Source of the DNA: Alphaproteobacteria bacterium
Lineage (GTDB): Bacteria > Pseudomonadota > Alphaproteobacteria > UBA7887
NCBI GenBank assembly: GCA_965216755.1
Contig: CBDCGL010000011.1
Coordinates: 1,664,001-1,728,000 of the forward strand
Length of the DNA stretch: 64,000 nucleotides
Direction of reading: 5' to 3'
The position numbers and the translations under genes were made by a program. Positions 52,174-61,092 of this stretch are shown piece by piece (position 1 is the first letter of the stretch; each line of letters starts with the position of its first letter). Below the pieces are notes generated by a model, which saw only the letters and a list, made by a program, of their open reading frames with translations, ran no database searches and was not told the DNA's origin.

Positions 52174-52815
52174 CTATTTCGCGACCGCGTCTTGCCTCAA
52201 TTCCGGCATGGGTGTCGGCGCGTTCTCCTCGCCAAACACAAGCGCCAGTAGTAAGGCAATGTAATAGCGCGGAATCAGTGAAATTTCCGGATCGCCATCG
52301 CGCATTGTGTAATATGTATAATTGGTCGGCAAAAGATCTCCGACATAAAGAAGATCAAGCGGCTGCGCATAGTCTACGCCATCCGCGCCCAGGCCGTAAA
52401 ACGCAATCATGGCTTGCGGATTGGTCAGTCCATAGGCGGCCATATCCTGTTCCGGCTTGATTTTGCGATCCACCAACAGGCTTGCGGTCAAGGCAATCTG
52501 TTTCGCGATCTTGTTGGCCTGCTCTGGCACGGACATATGTTGATCGGTACCTGCGGGTGCGATATCACCGCCGCTGTGGCTATGCGACGCATCGTGCTGA
52601 AACCAGCGCCCTTGATCATCTCGCATCAGTGACACAAACTGGCCCTGGTACATAACTTCGACCGCACCCAATTCAGGCTCGGCAAAGCTGAATATGGGAA
52701 ACCGGCCGGTCGGCGCTGGCGGTTCGGAATCGAAAAACGTCGTCTTCTCCATCGCGACCACGGTCCCCACCAGAACCAGCAACAGGGACCAAACAACAAT
52801 CAGCCGCACACGCAT
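52174..52815 (-). CDS. Membrane-anchored DUF4340-like protein with a His-rich loop
   Basis: N-terminal TM; WFQHDASHSH and AYGLTNP; follows the GldG-like gene. Confidence 0.65.
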   Translation of the reverse strand: MRVRLIVVWSLLLVLVGTVVAMEKTTFFDSEPPAPTGRFPIFSFAEPELGAVEVMYQGQFVSLMRDDQGRWFQHDASHSHSGGDIAPAGTDQHMSVPEQANKIAKQIALTASLLVDRKIKPEQDMAAYGLTNPQAMIAFYGLGADGVDYAQPLDLLYVGDLLPTNYTYYTMRDGDPEISLIPRYYIALLLALVFGEENAPTPMPELRQDAVAK

Positions 52816-52826
52816 GCCGTGCCGCC

Positions 52827-54461
52827 CTATCGCTGCCGCCACCACACGGCCGTACCTAATATGGCAAGCACAGCCGGCATCAAGAAGACCGACAGAAAAA
52901 ATGTCCCTTTGATTTGGCGATTGGTGACGCTGATACCGGGCAAGTCATATGTGCGCGGCTCAATACCGATCAGATTCTCCTGTGCCGCGAGATAGCTCAC
53001 CGTATTCAGAAACAGGTTGCCATTGCCCAGGAAATGGAAGAAAGAATTGGTCGCAAAATCTGAATCACCGACGACCGCAATACGTGATTCACCGCGTACG
53101 TCCGCTTGGGCCGGAATAATTTGTTGTCCGGCCGCCGCCTCCGCGCTCTGTGGGCCGAGCTGCACCGCTGCGGGGCTATTGGGATCGACCGGCTTGCGCG
53201 TTGCCAGGACCATCAAAGTCTGAGGCCCGGCGACATCGCGCCCTGGTTCAAAATCGGCGCGGTCCTCTGTCGTTTCGCCGAAACTATCCTGTGACGAACT
53301 GACCAGCGGAACAACGCTCACACCTTGAATTCGTTCCGTCGGCGCCAAAGACCGCACACCCGGGTAGAACGTTAGCGGCAAGTCGCGTGTGATTTGGTGG
53401 ATGTTGTAACTGGTCACGGCCGGCGAGGACCTGTCAGCCCAATAGTGGCTCTTCTCATCAATAACGATTGTGTCTTGAAGGGCCACACCGTAATCCCGAA
53501 TGATCGGTTCCAAACCCGATTGAATGAAGGGGTCGAGCATGAAGAAAGCGTTACCGCCATCAAGCAAGTAGTCACGGACTATAGCAATCTCGTGGTCCAA
53601 CAAGGCCGTCTTCGGCCCTGCAACGATCAAGAGAGCGCACCCCGCCAGCGGGTCGCCACCCTGCAACAAGGTGACCTTCTCCACAGTGTAATTGACCGTT
53701 TCAAGACCGTGCCGTGCCTTGGCCAGCCCATGGGTTTGGTGGAGCACATATTGCGCCCCCAATCCATGGGAATGGTTGCCCTTGCCTTCCGTATGGTCGT
53801 GCGATTCCTTGCTGAACGGGTCGGCCTCACCATGACCATCCGAAAAACACACCAGCTGCTTGGCACCTTGGGTGACGCGTAGAATGCCGTTGGCGATGTC
53901 GGTCTCCGTACCGCCGTGGACTTGCAGCTTGCGGTCTTCACTTTGCATCACCGCCGTGCCGGCGAATTGGACACCCATGAGCCGTGCCTGCGCCGGGTTG
54001 ACGGTCGGGTCGTGAAACTCCACCGTGACCAAATCGGAATGGCTCGCCATGAGCTGATAAAGCTCCACAGACTCCTTGAGCATGCGATCGTGAAAGAACA
54101 CGATATGTACGGGCTTGGCCAACCGTTTCAGCATCTGTAGTGTTGAATCCGAGAGCGAATGCAGCCCGGCTTCCGTCATGTCGTAGCGCAACGGATAGCG
54201 CAGCGACAAATAGCCAATCGCGCACATCACACCGACGATCCCCAATGTGAAAAGCGCGATTTCGCCCCGCCTTTGACGAACGAGGGCCGCAAAGTCGTGG
54301 CGCAGGCCAAAGGCACCCCACGCCACCACCACGGCGCCAATAATGGTCAACACCGTGATCCAGGTGCCTGGATCTTGATAGATCATGCGCAAGCCGTAGG
54401 ACGCGCCCAAAAGGGTGAGTCCAAACAGCAAAATCAAGCCGAAACGGTGTCCCGGATCCAT
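52827..54461 (-). CDS. GldG-like ABC auxiliary membrane/periplasmic component
   Basis: Three N-terminal TMs; RYDMT..HSLS, GHGE, VAGPK, VVGDSDF and GNLFLN; C-terminal TM ending WWRQR. Confidence 0.85.
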   Translation of the reverse strand: MDPGHRFGLILLFGLTLLGASYGLRMIYQDPGTWITVLTIIGAVVVAWGAFGLRHDFAALVRQRRGEIALFTLGIVGVMCAIGYLSLRYPLRYDMTEAGLHSLSDSTLQMLKRLAKPVHIVFFHDRMLKESVELYQLMASHSDLVTVEFHDPTVNPAQARLMGVQFAGTAVMQSEDRKLQVHGGTETDIANGILRVTQGAKQLVCFSDGHGEADPFSKESHDHTEGKGNHSHGLGAQYVLHQTHGLAKARHGLETVNYTVEKVTLLQGGDPLAGCALLIVAGPKTALLDHEIAIVRDYLLDGGNAFFMLDPFIQSGLEPIIRDYGVALQDTIVIDEKSHYWADRSSPAVTSYNIHQITRDLPLTFYPGVRSLAPTERIQGVSVVPLVSSSQDSFGETTEDRADFEPGRDVAGPQTLMVLATRKPVDPNSPAAVQLGPQSAEAAAGQQIIPAQADVRGESRIAVVGDSDFATNSFFHFLGNGNLFLNTVSYLAAQENLIGIEPRTYDLPGISVTNRQIKGTFFLSVFLMPAVLAILGTAVWWRQR

Positions 54462-54462
54462 A

Positions 54463-55170
54463 TCAGCGCCGCCACTGCAAATAGCTGGTGTTCAATGTCA
54501 AAGCCACCACGCACACGATCAAATAGAACGTGACGGCCTCAGATCGGATCAAGCCTTGAACAAACTCGCCAAAGTGTAGCGAGAATGACAAATACCCGAA
54601 CAGCGTATGCAAAAAATATGATGACTGGAACGTTTGCAAATGGGCGACAAACCAAAACGCCAGCAACACAGAAACAGTGATCAACGCCGCCACGATTTGG
54701 TTGGAGGTCAAAGAAGAAAAGAATTGGCCAACCGCCAAGCACGCCATACCGAGCAGCACGAATCCGATGTAGCCGCAAAAGATTGTCGATGTTTCGGGCT
54801 GGGCAAACAGATATAGTGGGATGAGATCTATCATGGTGCCCACCGTCGCCAACAGCAGGATTGTCACCGCACCCAGATACTTGCCCAGCACCACTTGCCA
54901 GGGTCGCAACGGCAATGTCTGCAACAGCTCCATCGTCCGGTCGCTATATTCGGTCGCGAACAAGCGCATGGAAATGACCGGGCTCAGGACAATCAGCAAT
55001 ATGCCCATATTCTGAAATGTCTCAGCCATCGTCGCCAAATTGGTCAAGAAAATGTTGTACGTGAAAAAATATCCCGTCCCAATCAGGAACACGGCCACGA
55101 CAAAATACGCGATGGGCGAGCGAAAATAGTGCCACATCTCTTTTTCATAGACGGCAAGAACACCTCTCAT
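54463..55170 (-). CDS. ABC-2 type permease (GldF-like)
   Basis: KE..YFRSPIAY, MRLFATE..TMELL.TLP, LGKYLG and TSNQIVA motifs. Confidence 0.9.
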   Translation of the reverse strand: MRGVLAVYEKEMWHYFRSPIAYFVVAVFLIGTGYFFTYNIFLTNLATMAETFQNMGILLIVLSPVISMRLFATEYSDRTMELLQTLPLRPWQVVLGKYLGAVTILLLATVGTMIDLIPLYLFAQPETSTIFCGYIGFVLLGMACLAVGQFFSSLTSNQIVAALITVSVLLAFWFVAHLQTFQSSYFLHTLFGYLSFSLHFGEFVQGLIRSEAVTFYLIVCVVALTLNTSYLQWRR

Positions 55171-56129
55171 GCGGCCAAATCCTGAGACTGGGCAGTGCCA
55201 ACATAGTGCAGAAACACGTTCTCCAAAGTCGGCAATCGGCGCTCTAGCCTGAGCAAATCCCATCGCGGCGCTACGGTGCGGGCGATCGCCGCTTCAATTC
55301 CGTCGCGGTCATCGACGATGCATTCCACATCCAAGCCCTGGCGGCCCGTCGCTCCGACTGCATCTTCGAAATGCACGCTATTGACGCCGTCAACCGACAA
55401 AAGTTCCTGTCGTATGTCGTCGACCGGTCCGGTCACCCGCAAGGCAATATGATTGGTGCGTTCGACCGCCCGCTGTAGCCCGGCTGGCGTGTCGATCGCC
55501 AACAGTCGCCCTTGATAAATGATGGCGACACGCGCACAAATCATGGTCACTTCCGGCAAAATATGGGTGCTCAACAGCACCGCGTGATCCGCCCCGAACG
55601 AGCGTATGACATCCCGCGTTTCGTGCGTTTGACCAGGATCCAAGCCGATTGTCGGCTCGTCCAACAACAACACATCGGGCTTGCCCAATAGTGCCTGGGC
55701 TAATCCGACGCGCTGCCGGTATCCTTTGGAAAGCTTAAATATCTCTCGGCGACGGACTTGTTCCAAGTGGCAGGCCGCCGTAACCCGATCAAGTTCCGAC
55801 GAAATCTCGCCGCGCGGCACACCCTTGGCCTTCGCGACAAAGCGTAAATAGCCGGTTACATCCAGTGTCTCGTACAGCGGTGGGTGTTCGGGCAAATAAC
55901 CAATGTGCTGCGCAGCTGCGGAATTCTCCGTTGCCATATTGTAGCCGGCCACTCTGACCGTGCCAGAGCTGGCGGTCGTGTAACCCGCAATCATCCGGAT
56001 TGTGGTCGTCTTGCCGGCCCCGTTCGGACCAAGGAACCCCAAAATCTCGCCCTTATCCACAGCAAACGACAAACCGTGGATGATGGTCTTGGTCCCATAG
56101 CGCTTCGTCACCGAATCAAGCGCAATCAT
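55167..56129 (-). CDS. ABC ATP-binding protein (GldA-like)
   Basis: GPNGAGKT, LSKGYRQR, LDEPTIGLD and STHILPEV motifs. Confidence 0.93.
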   Translation of the reverse strand: MIALDSVTKRYGTKTIIHGLSFAVDKGEILGFLGPNGAGKTTTIRMIAGYTTASSGTVRVAGYNMATENSAAAQHIGYLPEHPPLYETLDVTGYLRFVAKAKGVPRGEISSELDRVTAACHLEQVRRREIFKLSKGYRQRVGLAQALLGKPDVLLLDEPTIGLDPGQTHETRDVIRSFGADHAVLLSTHILPEVTMICARVAIIYQGRLLAIDTPAGLQRAVERTNHIALRVTGPVDDIRQELLSVDGVNSVHFEDAVGATGRQGLDVECIVDDRDGIEAAIARTVAPRWDLLRLERRLPTLENVFLHYVGTAQSQDLAA

Positions 56130-56167
56130 TAATCCGTCGCGTTATCCTGCAATGTCCCAAAAGCACA

Positions 56168-56193
56168 GGAGGCCTCCGAAACCGAAGGCCTCC
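56168..56193 (-). terminator. Stem-loop or partial intrinsic terminator after the lactonase gene
   Basis: Minus strand GGAGGCCTTCG-GTTT-CGGAGGCCTCC (11-bp stem) followed by TGTGCTTTT. Confidence 0.6.
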
Positions 56194-56214
56194 AAAACCG
56201 CAATATTCAACGGG

Positions 56215-57066
56215 TTAGTCGTACCATTTCTCGCCCATTGATTCATACTGCTTGATGCTGTGGCCAAACCACATCGGCGCGTCTTCCAATGCGCTCGTCA
56301 TCTTCAGCCGCTCAACCGAGTTAAAATAGTCAAGAACGCTGTAATTCAATCCGGCTGGGTGACCTTCTAGGTTCTCTTCCATCCAAATCGCATCTTGGGT
56401 CAGGATCACGGTGCCGGTATTCGGCAATTTGACCTTGACCGACTGATGTCCAAACGTGTGACCGGGCGTGCTCATGATCATGACGGTGCCGTCACCGAAA
56501 AGGTCATAGTCGCCGTCCAGCGCGAAGTAGTTGAAATCGCGCGCATCATCGTAGTCGGCCATGATATGGGCGCCACTCGGGCGTTGGAACTTCTCGGGCC
56601 ACCAGGCCTGGTACAATTCTTTTTGCTGGATCACGTGGATCGCATTCGGGAACATTTCAATGTTACCGATATGATCCAAATGTGAATGAGACGTGATCAC
56701 CACTTTGACGTCGTCGGTGCTGTAACCCAGTTTTTCCAGCTGCTTGTCAATCACGTCGTCGCGCGTTTGACCCGGCTGCAAGAAGTCGCAAGACCCCTGC
56801 GCCCAATGCGTATTACACGCGCCGTCCGAAATCGCCACATTGTTGCCGGTATCATATACAACAACGCCATTCGGATGGTCCAAGATCCACATGTTGATCG
56901 GGATCTTGATGTCGCGCGCTTCAGGATAAGTCGGAATCAGTCCCTGAATGTTAAATGGTCCAAATTGCCCACTGGCAGTCCAGTAAAGTTTTTGCGCTGA
57001 TGCTGTCGATGCGCCTGTCATACAAAGCGCGCCCAACACCGCTGCAGCGATACCCAATTTTCTCAT
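56215..57066 (-). CDS. Exported metallo-beta-lactamase-fold hydrolase, AiiA/AttM lactonase family
   Basis: Sec signal MRKLGIAAAVLG..ASA; DTG, HSHLDH, DLFGDG, TPGHT and C-terminal GH; AGGA RBS. Confidence 0.88.
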   Translation of the reverse strand: MRKLGIAAAVLGALCMTGASTASAQKLYWTASGQFGPFNIQGLIPTYPEARDIKIPINMWILDHPNGVVVYDTGNNVAISDGACNTHWAQGSCDFLQPGQTRDDVIDKQLEKLGYSTDDVKVVITSHSHLDHIGNIEMFPNAIHVIQQKELYQAWWPEKFQRPSGAHIMADYDDARDFNYFALDGDYDLFGDGTVMIMSTPGHTFGHQSVKVKLPNTGTVILTQDAIWMEENLEGHPAGLNYSVLDYFNSVERLKMTSALEDAPMWFGHSIKQYESMGEKWYD

Positions 57067-57370
57067 GGCTTCCTTCCTAACGATCAAGGCTCCACGCGTC
57101 TTCGCGCGGCTCTTTGTCTCTTTTCCAGCAGCTCGATACGCCGTCCGTTTCCCACGGCAACTTTGAACGAGGATCTGTTCGTCCTCCGACATCTCAGAAA
57201 ACAAATAAACTTGCGATCTACCGCGCGATCCCCTGAGCTGGTTGCGGCGCCGACATTTTAACCATGTTTCTTACTGAAAAGGGAACGATTTTTCTGGCTT
57301 ACCCAGGCCACCCCTCGGCTCGTTCGGATCCCCATTGGTCGTGACCACAAACGATTTCTCGCCCGTTCGC

Positions 57371-57691
57371 TCAGATCTTGACGACCGGCAACCTCGGGGC
57401 CTGGCAAATAAGGGCGGACGCCGGCACCGAGCATGGCCCCCAGCGCAGCTCGATCCCAGCCGCAGCCAGACGCGCCGCCGATGCGTCGTCAACAAATCCG
57501 ATAATCACCGTTTGCGGCTGCGAACGGCAAATCAAGTCAACAACGTGATCCGCAGTCCGCTCAACATTTCGCAAGAAGTGTTGTTGGTTGCTCGAAACAT
57601 CAAACACACCAACCCACCGCGCGCGGGCGAAAAAGGGCGAAAGTGGCGCGTCGTTAGCATCCGCTAACAACGTCATCGCGATGCGTTTCAA
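57371..57691 (-). CDS. NifB/NifX-like (FeMo-cofactor-binding family) small protein
   Basis: MKRIA.., LSPFFARA (compare SxHFGRA) and RLAAAGI; TTG start. Confidence 0.6.
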   Translation of the reverse strand: MKRIAMTLLADANDAPLSPFFARARWVGVFDVSSNQQHFLRNVERTADHVVDLICRSQPQTVIIGFVDDASAARLAAAGIELRWGPCSVPASALICQAPRLPVVKI

Positions 57692-57848
57692 CAGACCGCC
57701 ATAAGATGATAGAGTTAACGTCGCTTGATGCGAGAGGATGCGAGTAACAATGTGGGCGTGCCTTGATCCACGTTAGCGTTGTGACAGGCGTGCCGATATG
57801 TGGAGCGTCGCCAGCCGCGATAACGCGGCGGCACGACATTGTGAACAT

Positions 57849-58613
57849 ATGGATGTGTTGAGAAACGCGGTGCCGATTGCAGGAGCTCGGGCCGAGAACC
57901 CGTGCGCGGCATGTCTGGTCCGCCAATGGGCGATTTGCCAGCCGCTGGACGATGAAGCCCTGCACCTGATGAAATGCCTGAAATCTCGAGACCGGCTCAT
58001 CACAGCTGGCAGCGAACTTTACGCGGAAGGAGAGCCGCTCGACGACCTATTCACAATACTCGAAGGCTGGCTGATTCTTTATAAGCTGTTGGAAGATGGG
58101 CGTCGGCAGATCACGAAAGTCGGACTGTCCGGCGATTTCATTGGTTTTCGACCGGATCTAAAAGCACCAATGGACCATTCCGCGCAAGCGCTGACCGACG
58201 TGAAATTATGCGTTTTTCCGCGAGAAACGATCATGAGCCTGTTTCGCGAACAACCGGAACTGGCCATGCGGCTTACTTGGCTGATTTCCAGCGACATCAT
58301 GGTTGCACGCGAGCGGTTGACCAGCCTAGGGCGGCGCACAGCGCGAGAACGAATCTCTTATTTCTTGCTTGAGTTGTATTATCGCGTTCGACTACGTCAC
58401 AGCGATCCGGTGGGTACCGCGATTCCCTTACCGCTGACACAGGAACATATCGGCGATGCTCTAGGCCTGACTTCGGTCCACGTTAACCGCACGTTGCGGG
58501 CGCTACGCGAAGACAACCTGATCCAGGTCGTTAATCGCACGTTGCACATTCTCGATCCCGACAAGCTCGCCGATGCGGCCGGCTTTGATGAAAATCAACG
58601 TGTCGACATTTAG
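57849..58613 (+). CDS. Crp/Fnr regulator, probably O2-sensing (FnrN-like)
   Basis: N-terminal CAAC..C, DGRRQI, LCVF Cys, LGRRTARER and HTH LTQEHIGDALGLTSVHVNR. Confidence 0.9.
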   Translation: MDVLRNAVPIAGARAENPCAACLVRQWAICQPLDDEALHLMKCLKSRDRLITAGSELYAEGEPLDDLFTILEGWLILYKLLEDGRRQITKVGLSGDFIGFRPDLKAPMDHSAQALTDVKLCVFPRETIMSLFREQPELAMRLTWLISSDIMVARERLTSLGRRTARERISYFLLELYYRVRLRHSDPVGTAIPLPLTQEHIGDALGLTSVHVNRTLRALREDNLIQVVNRTLHILDPDKLADAAGFDENQRVDI

Positions 58614-58668
58614 AGCATCGCATAATGCGCTAGATCCCAACCGGGAACTCAAAGCATAGGGAGATTCC

Positions 58669-58989
58669 ATGCGACGCGTTCGTCTGATGCTGGTCGGCAC
58701 GCTTGCCTTGTCGTCCGTTGGTACCGCGCACGCGTTCGGCGACGCCGAGCGTGGCCGAGATATTGCGGAACGCTGGTGCACATCTTGTCATGTCGTCGCA
58801 AGCGACAATGCGCCGTCTGGGACAGATGCCGTGCCGAGTTTTAATGCAATAGCACGCAATCCACAGAACGACGCGGACCAACTAACTGTAAAACTCGCGA
58901 CGCCACACCCGGCAATGCCGGATTTTCAATTGTCGACTCAAACGATCGAGGATTTGGTCGCGTATTTTGGTGTTCTTGGAGGGCAATAG
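58669..58989 (+). CDS. Small class I cytochrome c
   Basis: Signal peptide, GDAERG, CTSCH and distal HPAMP. Confidence 0.9.
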   Translation: MRRVRLMLVGTLALSSVGTAHAFGDAERGRDIAERWCTSCHVVASDNAPSGTDAVPSFNAIARNPQNDADQLTVKLATPHPAMPDFQLSTQTIEDLVAYFGVLGGQ

Positions 58990-59024
58990 GAGTCTGGTCG
59001 GCGGCACACCAAGCGCAGGCGCAT

Positions 59025-59849
59025 TCAACGAATATCGACAGTAATGCCGAGTTCGCGCCCCGCCTCGCGCAGGACTTCCGGATCGAACGGGGGCGGTTCA
59101 ACATCGATACCTTGCGCCAAACCCTCGGCGACGGCCTCCAAGACATGAACGCGCGCGGTCCATTTGTGATCCGCGGGAATCACCGTCCAAGGTGCGGCGC
59201 GAGTGGCGGTTCGATCGAACATATCCTGGTAGGCCTTTTTATAGTCAGCCCACCTGGTACGGTTTCGGAGATCTTCTTTGGTGAGTTTCCAGCGTTTGTA
59301 GGGATTTCGTAGGCGCTCGCGAAACCTTTCCAACTGCTCTTGCTTGGTGATGTGCATAAAGATTTTGACGATCCGCACATCATCGTCGATCAGCAAATGT
59401 TCGAAGGCGTTGATCTCGTCGTAAGCGCGACCCCAGGTTTGATCTGAAACCAGTGATTCAACCCTTTCGACTAGCACTCGCCCGTACCAGGACCGATCAA
59501 AAATCGAAATGGTTCCAGAATGCGGCATGCGCTGCCAAAAGCGCTGCAAATAGTGCTGGTCCAACTCGACGTCGGTCGGCGCGCCGATCGGCCACACCTT
59601 GAAACCGCGTGGATCAAGGTTTGCGGTCAAACGGCGGATCGCGCCGCCCTTGCCAGCTGCGTCCCACCCTTCAAACACCACCACCGCGCGACGGCGCTGA
59701 TTGTAGTACGCCGTGAGCAACCGCCCCATGCGTTTCTGCAGTCCGGCCAAAGCGGCTTCGTATTCCGTCTTGACGGCAAACCTGTTCGCCATTTGCACGT
59801 TTTTGAGACGCGGTGAGTTCTCTTGGGGTTCGATCTTTGTGCGGTCCAT
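59025..59849 (-). CDS. ppk2: Polyphosphate kinase 2 family, single domain
   Basis: FEGWDAAGKGG Walker A, FDRSWYGRVLVERV and lid KRWKLTKED. Confidence 0.92.
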   Translation of the reverse strand: MDRTKIEPQENSPRLKNVQMANRFAVKTEYEAALAGLQKRMGRLLTAYYNQRRRAVVVFEGWDAAGKGGAIRRLTANLDPRGFKVWPIGAPTDVELDQHYLQRFWQRMPHSGTISIFDRSWYGRVLVERVESLVSDQTWGRAYDEINAFEHLLIDDDVRIVKIFMHITKQEQLERFRERLRNPYKRWKLTKEDLRNRTRWADYKKAYQDMFDRTATRAAPWTVIPADHKWTARVHVLEAVAEGLAQGIDVEPPPFDPEVLREAGRELGITVDIR

Positions 59850-59949
59850 AGGCCGTGATTCCCGGCTTAGTTGGCATCGCGCGCCACGTGATCACGCAAA
59901 GAATCCGCCGCCGATCGCAAGTAAAATTGCATCGTGATCGGCAACGCCC

Positions 59950-61092
59950 CTAAGTATTACCGTTGTTCTCCTGCGAAAGCGAGATCATGACCGGCGCTGG
60001 GCTGATCAGAACCGTGCGCACAAGCTCTGATTGCTTGGCCGTTCCGGTCTTGCGAAAGATCTGGTTGAGCTGATTACGCAGTGTGTTTTTGCTCAGCGTG
60101 AATGCCTGCGCGGCTTCGTCAAGGCTTTGGCCACGGACCAGCGCGACCAGCAATCTGGCCTCAGCCGGTGTCAGATCAAACAGGCGCTCAAGGACTTCGC
60201 CGGGAATATCCGGTTGTGTTTCGCCGTCGGAGACGAATACCGCCGCCAACTGGGCAATGCCGTCGACTTTGGCGCCGCCATCGACGGGCAACACCATCGT
60301 CAGCCATGGCGCCGCCAATGACGGCCGATCGATACGCATGACTCCAACTGGCGTGCGCGCGGCCTGCCGGCCGGCCGCCGCCACTTGGGCGATAATCCTG
60401 CGAAGCCGCCCCGTTTCTTTTGGAACCGCGGCACACAGGCCGGTCCGATCCACCGACAATCCATCGCGGAGCTCAATGACGGCGCGGGCGTGACGGTTGG
60501 TCTGCAATACCCGACCCACATTGTTGACCACTAGGACACCAATCGGCAGAAAGTCGAGCGTCGACTGCGCCGCCATGCTTTCCGCACGCTGGCCGGCGAG
60601 GTTGCGATGAATCTGGATTGCCCGGCGCACATGAGAGGCCATTTCTGACGCCCGCTGCCGGCGCGCGCCGCCATCTTTTGGACGCAGCAACAATCGCGCG
60701 CGTTGGCCGCCGCCGGCATGGCTGAAGTAACCGAGAATGGCCGATTCAGACCGCTCAACTGCATGTTCCGTTGTCAGATCTGCAACCAGCTCGTCGTCAG
60801 CGACATTGGTGGGCGGCCGATCGACGGTCGCCACATCGCCGCCAAGTGCGGGGCCGTCGGTTCCGCCCACCGTGGCCGCCACGGCGCTTTCGCCGACCGG
60901 TGCACTTATCGAACCATCTGGCACGGAATCTTCTTGAACGATCAGCGCCAAACCCGCCGGCGCCAAGATTGTTTGCAGCGACTCGAGCAGCCGCGCCATG
61001 GACCCGCCGCTCATAGCGCAATCGTAGACGGCACCGATTATATCAACACACTCGGCCTTGGTTTGTCGATTACTCATCTTTACAGTCGCCAC
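59950..61092 (-). CDS. PAS-like + LuxR-type HTH transcriptional regulator
   Basis: C-terminal FDLTPAEARL..TLRNQLNQIFRKTGTAKQSELV; start may be slightly downstream. Confidence 0.85.
   Translation of the reverse strand: MATVKMSNRQTKAECVDIIGAVYDCAMSGGSMARLLESLQTILAPAGLALIVQEDSVPDGSISAPVGESAVAATVGGTDGPALGGDVATVDRPPTNVADDELVADLTTEHAVERSESAILGYFSHAGGGQRARLLLRPKDGGARRQRASEMASHVRRAIQIHRNLAGQRAESMAAQSTLDFLPIGVLVVNNVGRVLQTNRHARAVIELRDGLSVDRTGLCAAVPKETGRLRRIIAQVAAAGRQAARTPVGVMRIDRPSLAAPWLTMVLPVDGGAKVDGIAQLAAVFVSDGETQPDIPGEVLERLFDLTPAEARLLVALVRGQSLDEAAQAFTLSKNTLRNQLNQIFRKTGTAKQSELVRTVLISPAPVMISLSQENNGNT

Noticed and set aside
52827-56129. Gliding motility genes gldAFG
   Set aside because: Family resemblance only; no T9SS or gldKLMN genes, and the host looks alphaproteobacterial
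57371-57691. Evidence of nitrogen fixation
   Set aside because: NifB/NifX-like domains are widespread in non-diazotrophs and no nifHDK is present here
57763-57776. FNR box TTGAT-CCAC-GTTAG upstream of the Fnr gene
   Set aside because: Right half-site too degenerate to call without further evidence
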